Shown one piece after another: positions 57,174-64,000 of a stretch of 64,000 nucleotides of DNA. Origin of the DNA: Promethearchaeota archaeon (GTDB lineage: Archaea > Asgardarchaeota > Lokiarchaeia > Sigyniarchaeales > SOKP01). The notes under the pieces are model-generated. The model was given only the letters and a program-made list of their open reading frames with translations. It was not told the origin of the DNA and did no database searches. The translations under genes and the position numbers were made by a program. Numbering within the stretch: position 1 is the first letter of the stretch; each line of letters starts with the position of its first letter. The stretch lies in NCBI GenBank assembly GCA_048939995.1, contig JBHLOY010000008.1:1-64000 (forward strand), given 5' to 3'.

Positions 57174-57473
57174 ATGGTTTTAAAATTGGTACACGGAACA
57201 GTAAAATGGTTTAATGGCCGCAAAGGCTATGGATTTATAACATCTGAAGATGGAAGTGATGTCTTCGTTCATTTTTCCGCTTTATCAGGTGGAGAGGATG
57301 AATATAAAACATTAAATGAAAATGACAAAGTTGAGTTTGAAGTTACTGAAGGTGAAAAAGGACCACAAGCTAGCAATGTGGTAGTAACTGAGAAGGCACC
57401 TCGCCAAGCGAGTTCATTTAACAAAGGTGGAAGTCGTGGTGGTCGAGGTGGTAGACGATCTCCTCGTTTTTAA
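57174..57473 (+). CDS. Cold-shock domain protein with RGG tail
   Basis: CSD motifs plus [16 protein letters not shown]. Confidence 0.93.
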   Translation: MVLKLVHGTVKWFNGRKGYGFITSEDGSDVFVHFSALSGGEDEYKTLNENDKVEFEVTEGEKGPQASNVVVTEKAPRQASSFNKGGSRGGRGGRRSPRF

Positions 57474-57678
57474 AATTTATGACTTGTTATAAATCACAAA
57501 TAAGTAATAATAAATAGGAATTAGAAATTAGTAAAAATCTGTTTTTGCGAGTTATCGAACCCTATCTTTTTTTTTTGATTTTTTATTCTTTTAATTTTTA
57601 AGTTGAATTGATCTCCGTTATAGAAGAGTCTGATATAGAAAGTAAAATTCGCTTAGTTTATTATTAAAAAAAATTTGA

Positions 57679-58068
57679 TTAAAGAGGAATATTATTTATG
57701 TCCAGATTTTCTGGTATCAAGCCTTTCCGTTGTAACCAAGAAACTTCATGTTTTAAGTATCTCCAAAAAATTTCACACCTTTCACTTTGACCTTTAATTT
57801 CAGTCTCGAATTTCCAGGGATTGATTATGACTAAATCACCTTTTCTTATCCAGACTCTCTTCTTTATTTTTCCTCGAATCCGTCCTAAACGATGTTTTCC
57901 ATCCTCGCAATAAACCCCCATCCGTTCTTGTCCATAAATATCGGTTACTCTACCATACATTTCCCCATTTTTCCTATATGGAGTTTTTACACGACTTATT
58001 TCTGGTTGTGGATTTGGTCCAAAAGTTCTTCTTCCTTTCTTGGTTTGCTTTTTTTTCATCTTTGGCAT
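57679..58068 (-). CDS. eif1A: Translation initiation factor aIF-1A
   Basis: CEDGKHRLGRIRGKIKKRVWIRKGDLVIINPW...WRY. Confidence 0.93.
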   Translation of the reverse strand: MPKMKKKQTKKGRRTFGPNPQPEISRVKTPYRKNGEMYGRVTDIYGQERMGVYCEDGKHRLGRIRGKIKKRVWIRKGDLVIINPWKFETEIKGQSERCEIFWRYLKHEVSWLQRKGLIPENLDINNIPL

Positions 58069-58535
58069 AAAATATACACTTTTTTTGTATTAAAATTGTA
58101 AATCCGATTTTCTAAAAACATCGAAATTCAAGTAATAACTCAATATATTGAAATTCGAAAATAAGTATAGAATTTCGCAATCTGCGAATTAATATTTCTA
58201 TGATAAAATATTATCTATCTTTATTTACAATCTAATATGGTAGAATTAGATCATATATGTATTTTATGGAATTTTTCTTTCCATTTTTTTCTAAATTCTA
58301 TTTTTTTCTATTACCAATCATCAAAAATTGTCATTAAAAGTAAGCAAACGAAAAAATCATTGAAAATCATTTTAAAATTAATCTTGATTTTCGCTTTGCC
58401 ATTATTAATAGAAATGTTGGACTTTTTTGTATTTTAATCATAGGATTAAAAAATAAAGTAAAAATAGTTAAATGTAAAGAAAAATAAATTAAAATATATA
58501 AAAGATTTAATAAGAGTTCATATGGTGTGTAAATC

Positions 58536-58883
58536 TTGGCTGATTATAAAGAAATAATTGGTTGGTTTTTTGGTGCAGCTATTGCTGTCGTTTGGATTGC
58601 TTTTGGAATTCTCGGAGCAGGGAATATGTTGTTTCTTGCTGTTGCCATCTCCCTTACTATATTGTTTGGGGTATTGTCTGGAGGATTCATTGCGCTAAGC
58701 AAAGGAAAAAATAATTATAAAGAAGTCATTGGCTGGTTGTTTGGCGCAGCTATAGCAGTTGTTTGGATACTCTTTGCATTAATTGCACCGGGGGATTTGG
58801 TGTTTCTTGTTGTTGCCATCTCTCTTACGATATTATTTGGTGTATTAGCTGGTGGACTTATTAAGTTAGGCACAAAATCTTAA
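58536..58883 (+). CDS. Small 4-TM membrane protein built from two ~57-aa repeats
   Basis: YKEIIGWFFGAAIAVVWI...VAISLTILFGVLSGG and YKEVIGWLFGAAIAVVWI...VAISLTILFGVLAGG. Confidence 0.8.
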   Translation: MADYKEIIGWFFGAAIAVVWIAFGILGAGNMLFLAVAISLTILFGVLSGGFIALSKGKNNYKEVIGWLFGAAIAVVWILFALIAPGDLVFLVVAISLTILFGVLAGGLIKLGTKS

Positions 58884-58994
58884 ATAGACTAAAAAAATTT
58901 TTATAAATTTTCTTTTTTTTTAAAATCCTCAAAAAAAAAGCGAAAGAGAAGGAAAAAAGTCTTTAAACGAGGAAATAAAAATAACTTTGTAGAT

Positions 58995-59645
58995 ATGGAA
59001 GAACACAAGATAGTGGAATCAAAAAATCTTAAAGAATATATTAAAAATTTAGACATTGACATTTTTGGTTTTGCTGACATGCATTTATTATTGGAAATGG
59101 AGACAGGAATTCCCACAGATTTGAAGAAATTCATAAATATGTTTCCATATGCCATTGTATTAGGTGCTCAATATGGAAAGTTAGGGAAAAAAGCCTCCGG
59201 TGGCAAAACAGCATTATTCTTGGAAGAAGCTGCTTTTTCTATAATGGAATATTTAGAAAGTAAGGGTTATAAGCAACTTATTATCCATACCGAAGATGAA
59301 TTTGATCCTATTAATCGGTTAGGATTTATGTCTCTTAAACTTTTGGCAAAAACAGCAGGTCTTGGCTGGCAAGGTAGATCGCTATTAATTATTTCTCCAG
59401 AATATGGCCCCTTACATCGCTTAATCGCAATTTTGACAGACTTGCCACTTCAAACTAATCAAGTAATAAAAAATAAATGTGGTAATTGTCGAAGATGCAT
59501 AGAAGCTTGTCCTCAAAGCGCACTTAATTTTGTTGCCTTTGAGGATCATCCTTCACATCGAGAAGAAGTTTTAGATATAAAGACTTGTTTAGGCGATAAT
59601 GGATGTTTAGTATGTCTTTTATCTTGTCCTTGGCTAAAAAAGTAA
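58995..59645 (+). CDS. QueG/reductive-dehalogenase-like Fe-S protein
   Basis: FGFAD, KLLAKTAGLGWQGRS, PEYGP, CGNCRRCIEACP, CLVCLLSCP. Confidence 0.8.
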   Translation: MEEHKIVESKNLKEYIKNLDIDIFGFADMHLLLEMETGIPTDLKKFINMFPYAIVLGAQYGKLGKKASGGKTALFLEEAAFSIMEYLESKGYKQLIIHTEDEFDPINRLGFMSLKLLAKTAGLGWQGRSLLIISPEYGPLHRLIAILTDLPLQTNQVIKNKCGNCRRCIEACPQSALNFVAFEDHPSHREEVLDIKTCLGDNGCLVCLLSCPWLKK

Positions 59646-60036
59646 AAATTTAAAGTTGCCAAGGATAAAATAAGCCAAACCTCGTTTGACATTATTATTT
59701 ATTACGAATATCAAATAAAAATTTAACACAATCAGCATTAACGTTTTTACCTTTAAATCCAGCTAATTCTAAATGTTCTTTACTTGCTCGCCAAAACTCA
59801 CCTGAAGATATCAGGATAAATGTGAAGAGAAATATTCTTTAATTTAATTAAGGTTAAAAATAATGGATTTACTTTTATTATTTCCTCTTTTATTGCTTCC
59901 ATGAAGTATTGATTGGTGGAAATAGATTGATTCAAATATTCTAAGCATTTTTTTATTTGTTTATAACCATTTCTATGACTAATTTCATTTATATATAGTT
60001 TATTTCAAAAAAAAATTGAAAACAAAAAAAATAATA

Positions 60037-62034
60037 TTATTGAAGCTTATCCTTCATTTCCATATAAAAGTCAAGCGATTCAGGGTTTCTAAGAGCGCCA
60101 CGATTCGCAACTTCCATGCCATGGATGATTTTAGTTACGGCAATTTCGACTTTTTTGTTTGAAAATGTATAAGGTATGCCATCTGGTGGAGCCGCATAAA
60201 TGAGTTTGGGTACGTGTCTTGGACTAGTTTTTTCTCTAATTTTTTGTCGGATTTTAGCTTGTAATTCATCGGTCAATTCATACCCCTCATTCAATAACAC
60301 AAACATCACAATCCGGATGTCGTCGGCATATTGTTGACCGATTACCAGCGAATCAGCGATTTCAGGCAATTGTTCCACGACATTGTAAATTTCCGCAGTA
60401 CCAATCCTTACACCTGATGGTTTTAAAACGGCGTCGGAACGACCCCAAAAAGTTATTCCGCCTGTATCGCTATGAATTACTATATAATCACCGTGCCTCC
60501 ATACATTCTTTCCTGTATCCTTAAAGTGATCAAAATAAGCAGTCTTATATTTTGTCATATTTTCATCATCTCCCCAGAAATATACTGGCATTGAAGGAGC
60601 GGGTGCTTCACATACAAGCTCCGCTTGCTCATCTTCAACAGATTCTGCATTATCATTGTAAGCTTCTACTTTCATTCCTAATGCACGTCCTTGTAATTCA
60701 CCAGAATAAACAGGAAGAATTGGAATAGCTCCTGCGAAACATCCATTGATGTCAGTTCCACCGCTGATTGAATTGAAAAAAAGATCTTTCTTAATTTCAC
60801 GATAAACGTATTCAAAACCTTCTGGAGAAAGAGTCGATGCCGTTTGTGATATTTCCCGTAAAGCGCTCATGTCATATTTCTCGGCTGGTTTTACGCCAAG
60901 ACCCATTAAATAATGAATATAAGCAGCACTAGTACCAAATATCGAGATTCCGTGTTTTTCTATTAATTCGAAAAATCGAAGTGGACCGGGGTAAAGAGGA
61001 TTCCCATCGTATAAAAAGACAGTTGCACCAACTGCTAGAGCACTAATCAACCAATTCCACATCATCCAACTTGGGGCAGTGATATAAGTTATCACGTCAT
61101 TTCTTTTGCAATCAGTGGAAAGGATGAGTTCTTTTAAATGATTGATAAGAACACCCCCAGCACTTTGTACGAGACATTTAGGAGCTCCAGTAGTTCCAGA
61201 AGAAAACATTATATAAACTGGATGATCGAAGGGTAATTGTTCAAATTCAAGTTTAGGATTTTCATCTTTAGAAATAAAATCCTCCCAATTTATAGCTTTT
61301 GGAATACCAGAAACATCCACTTTACCATCAGAGATGTAAGATACCAGTATTACTTTTTCAATTGAAGGAATAGCATTGATAACAGCTTTTATATTTTCTC
61401 TAATATCAAAAACTTGACCTCGGTAGAAATACCCATCAACCGTAAATAGAACTTTAGGCTTGATTTGGCCAAACCTATCAATTACAGCACTTGATTGAAG
61501 TTCAGCGCCGCAGGATGCCCAAATAGCACCTATAGCTGTAGCTGCGAGCATAGCAGTAGGAGTTTCGATTAGATTTGGAATATATGAGACTACTCGATCA
61601 CCAATTCCTACGCCAATCCCCCTTAAGGCGTTGGATAATCGAGCTACATTTTTATTTAGTTCTACATAAGTTACTTTCTTAGAAACCTTTGTCTCTCCTT
61701 GAAAAGTAAATGCTAATTGATTATCTTTATATTTTAAAAGGTTCTCTGCAAAGTTTAGTTTTGCTCCTGGAAACCATTTAGTCCCTGGAAACTCTTCTAA
61801 ATTCTCTACAACTTTTTCATATTTTTTTGATGCAATTATGCCACCAAACTCCCACATAGCTGCCCAGAATTCGGGTATACTTTCAACAGACCATTTATGG
61901 AGTTCTTTTCCATCTTTAATGTTTAATCCATAATTTCTATTGACAAAATCAATAAATCGAGTTACCTCAACATTTTTTATCCAAGCGACTGAGGGTTCCC
62001 ATAGCTTTTTCCTCACATCTGAAATAAATAACAC
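60037..62034 (-). CDS. Acetoacetate--CoA ligase
   Basis: WFPGAKLNFAENLL, SSGTTGAPK, SISGGTD, WRHGD, GRSDAVLKPSGVRIGTAEIY. Confidence 0.92.
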   Translation of the reverse strand: MLFISDVRKKLWEPSVAWIKNVEVTRFIDFVNRNYGLNIKDGKELHKWSVESIPEFWAAMWEFGGIIASKKYEKVVENLEEFPGTKWFPGAKLNFAENLLKYKDNQLAFTFQGETKVSKKVTYVELNKNVARLSNALRGIGVGIGDRVVSYIPNLIETPTAMLAATAIGAIWASCGAELQSSAVIDRFGQIKPKVLFTVDGYFYRGQVFDIRENIKAVINAIPSIEKVILVSYISDGKVDVSGIPKAINWEDFISKDENPKLEFEQLPFDHPVYIMFSSGTTGAPKCLVQSAGGVLINHLKELILSTDCKRNDVITYITAPSWMMWNWLISALAVGATVFLYDGNPLYPGPLRFFELIEKHGISIFGTSAAYIHYLMGLGVKPAEKYDMSALREISQTASTLSPEGFEYVYREIKKDLFFNSISGGTDINGCFAGAIPILPVYSGELQGRALGMKVEAYNDNAESVEDEQAELVCEAPAPSMPVYFWGDDENMTKYKTAYFDHFKDTGKNVWRHGDYIVIHSDTGGITFWGRSDAVLKPSGVRIGTAEIYNVVEQLPEIADSLVIGQQYADDIRIVMFVLLNEGYELTDELQAKIRQKIREKTSPRHVPKLIYAAPPDGIPYTFSNKKVEIAVTKIIHGMEVANRGALRNPESLDFYMEMKDKLQ

Positions 62035-62168
62035 CTCTAATTTTGAAATTTCTTAAGTTTATTTTAGTAATTTCGGATAAATTTTAAAATTAGATATTTT
62101 TGATTTTAGTTCTTTTAATACTTTTTTATTAAATTTTATCTAATGGCGTTAATTTTCTAGCTAATAAA

Positions 62169-62993
62169 ATGACGTATATTGAACATGAATTTGAAGTAGT
62201 CAAAAAAACCAATGTCCCAAACACCATTGATTCATTAAAACATGACCTAAAAAGTCTTGGAGTGCAGAAAGGGGCGGTTATAATTATGCACAGTTCTCTT
62301 AGCAGCATCGGATGGACGGTAGGGGGTCCTATCTCCGTTATTACTGCTATGATGGAACTATTAACACCAAAAGGCACACTAGTAATGCCAACATTTAGTG
62401 GAGGTAATACAGAACCTTCAAATTGGCAGTATCCCCCCGTGCCAGAAAGTTGGTGGGAAATTATTAGAGAGAATATGCCAGGATTTGAACGAAAAACCAC
62501 ACCGACAAGAGGGATGGGATGTATTGTTGAAACTTTTCGTAGTTTTCAGAAAGTCTTTAGAAGCGATCATCCAATTTCATCTTTTGCAGCTTGGGGAAAA
62601 CATGCAAAAAACATTACAAAGGATCACAAATTAAATTCTGATCTGGGAGAGAATTCTCCATTATCCCGTATTTATGACTTAGATGGGCAAATTTTACTTT
62701 TAGGAGTTTCACATGAGAGTAATACATCCATCCATTTAGCTGAATATAGATGTGATTATCGAGATAAACAATTCATGCCTAATGCTTCCGCTATAAAAGT
62801 TAAAAATGGAAGAAATTGGGTAGTTTGGAATGAATTAAACCATTGTATCGATGATTTTGAACAATTAGGCCAGGATTTTGAGCGATTAATCCAATATAAG
62901 CCTAAGAAAGTAGGACGTGCAGAAAGTCGTTTGCTATCTCAAAGAAAGATGGTTGATTTTGCTATGAAATGGATAACAGAAAATAGAATTTGA
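62169..62993 (+). CDS. AAC(3)/YokD-family N-acetyltransferase
   Basis: MHSSLSSIGW, GTLVMPTF, RSDHP, NTSIHLAE. Confidence 0.9.
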   Translation: MTYIEHEFEVVKKTNVPNTIDSLKHDLKSLGVQKGAVIIMHSSLSSIGWTVGGPISVITAMMELLTPKGTLVMPTFSGGNTEPSNWQYPPVPESWWEIIRENMPGFERKTTPTRGMGCIVETFRSFQKVFRSDHPISSFAAWGKHAKNITKDHKLNSDLGENSPLSRIYDLDGQILLLGVSHESNTSIHLAEYRCDYRDKQFMPNASAIKVKNGRNWVVWNELNHCIDDFEQLGQDFERLIQYKPKKVGRAESRLLSQRKMVDFAMKWITENRI

Positions 62994-63041
62994 TCTTTAT
63001 GATAATCGAAATCATCCTAAGGAAAAGCAAGAAAACGAGAA

Positions 63042-64000
63042 CTAGCTTTTTAGCTTGTCAATCCTACTTACATAATCCATAATTTTCGCTAGTGCATTTA
63101 CAGGACGATCCCACAACTTATATAATATTGCTCCATTATCGCGTAACCTTTTTGACCAAGGGCTATTTAAATTCATTGGACTAACATATAATATAGGAAT
63201 TGAATGCCTCATTGAGTTCCTTAAAGTTGGTTGGATTAAATTTCGGGCTAATTCGTCAATCTTCTCTTCAGAGATACTCTGAAGTTTAACATTTTTAATT
63301 ATTTGCTCATATTTAAGATACTTATCCAAAACATCTTGAAATCCATAGACTCCATATTGAATAAGAGCATCTATTTCTCCTGATTTCATCAAAATTTCAG
63401 GCAATGTAAGATAAAAACTTGAAAAGTCTACGTCAAATGTACAATCTAGAGGATTCTTATAACTTGCTGTGGGGGGTATTATTTCTTTTAATTCATTTTG
63501 AAGTTGGTCTGAAAATTCTGGTACCAATATTCCATGTTTTTCTGCATTATTTGCTACCATTGCTCCTGGTCCTCCTGAATTTGTTATAATGCCCAATCTT
63601 TTCCCTTTTGGTAATATTTTTCTTGACAAAATGAGACCAATATCTAAAAACTCTTGTACATAATCAATTTTTATTATCCCTACTTGTTTAAAAACACTTT
63701 CATAGATTTTAGAATTACCCGTTAAGGATCCAGTATGACTTTGTGACGCTCGATTACCAGCATCAGTACCTCCGCCATATATAGCGATTATAGGTTTTTT
63801 TGGTGTAATATCTTTCGCTACTTTCAAGAATTCTCTTCCTCTTTTAATCTCCTCAAGATACAATCCTATTATTTCCGTATACTTATCATCTTTGTAATAC
63901 TCTAAACAATCTACTATATCAATATTTGCTTCATTTCCAACAGACAAAGATTTACTCAAACCTAAGTCTAAGTTCCGAGGATCCCACCAAATCTGGCAAG
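63042..64000 (-). CDS. ADP-forming acyl-CoA synthetase alpha-type subunit, C-terminal part (truncated by window)
   Basis: SVGNEANID, SHTGSL (phospho-His), TNSGGPG, NPLD. Confidence 0.88.
   Translation of the reverse strand, partial: CQIWWDPRNLDLGLSKSLSVGNEANIDIVDCLEYYKDDKYTEIIGLYLEEIKRGREFLKVAKDITPKKPIIAIYGGGTDAGNRASQSHTGSLTGNSKIYESVFKQVGIIKIDYVQEFLDIGLILSRKILPKGKRLGIITNSGGPGAMVANNAEKHGILVPEFSDQLQNELKEIIPPTASYKNPLDCTFDVDFSSFYLTLPEILMKSGEIDALIQYGVYGFQDVLDKYLKYEQIIKNVKLQSISEEKIDELARNLIQPTLRNSMRHSIPILYVSPMNLNSPWSKRLRDNGAILYKLWDRPVNALAKIMDYVSRIDKLKS

Noticed and set aside
58237-58437. 66-aa ORF in the intergenic region
   Set aside because: Low-complexity AT-rich translation with no SD and no motif.
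59645-59840. Minus-strand open stretch (…SGEFWRASKEHLELAGFKG…)
   Set aside because: No suitable start, stops immediately upstream and no recognisable family; it may be a remnant but cannot be supported.
3322-62634. Many short ORF-track entries overlapping larger genes (e.g. 3322-3564, 9175-9423, 29239-29655, 30445-30783, 40179-40490, 44687-44995, 62129-62500)
   Set aside because: They are antisense or alternate-frame shadows of well-supported genes with no recognisable motifs.
62169-62993. Acquired aminoglycoside resistance gene
   Set aside because: YokD-like family members are widespread chromosomal genes, and there is no mobile-element context here.
1-64000. tRNA or rRNA genes
   Set aside because: No GC-rich cloverleaf or rRNA-like segments were seen.

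Overview
AT-rich archaeal chromosomal DNA, most consistent with an Asgard archaeon of the Lokiarchaeia type (inferred from Rab-like GTPases, TPR-longin proteins, archaeal LeuRS and aIF-1A). The first ~29 kb is a signalling-type locus. It holds a membrane-anchored S8 protease and seven paralogous TPR + longin-like proteins (one ending in a TIR domain, plus two 3' gene stubs). It also holds two Rab-like GTPases and two multi-wHTH-TPR regulators, each transcribed divergently from a secreted-protein gene. These secreted genes share a conserved promoter and a 17-bp palindrome (ATCAYC-N5-GRTGRT, 4 copies). The remainder is metabolic and housekeeping: a beta-oxidation/ETF cluster, a Cys-rich MarR with an unannotated CCG peptide, leuS, CooC/CdhC-like genes, a URO-D/isomerase/GPH operon, a thiC-like gene, three cold-shock proteins, aIF-1A, acetoacetate-CoA ligase, an AAC(3)-like gene and a partial ACD. 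Two candidates for undescribed systems stand out. (1) A 29-codon leader peptide ending in five consecutive Leu codons, followed by mutually exclusive hairpins and a U-tract directly upstream of leuS, which looks like a bacterial-style ribosome-mediated attenuator in an archaeon. (2) The TPR-longin / Rab-like GTPase / TIR / wHTH-TPR / secreted-protein locus. All assignments are by eye; no searches were run.
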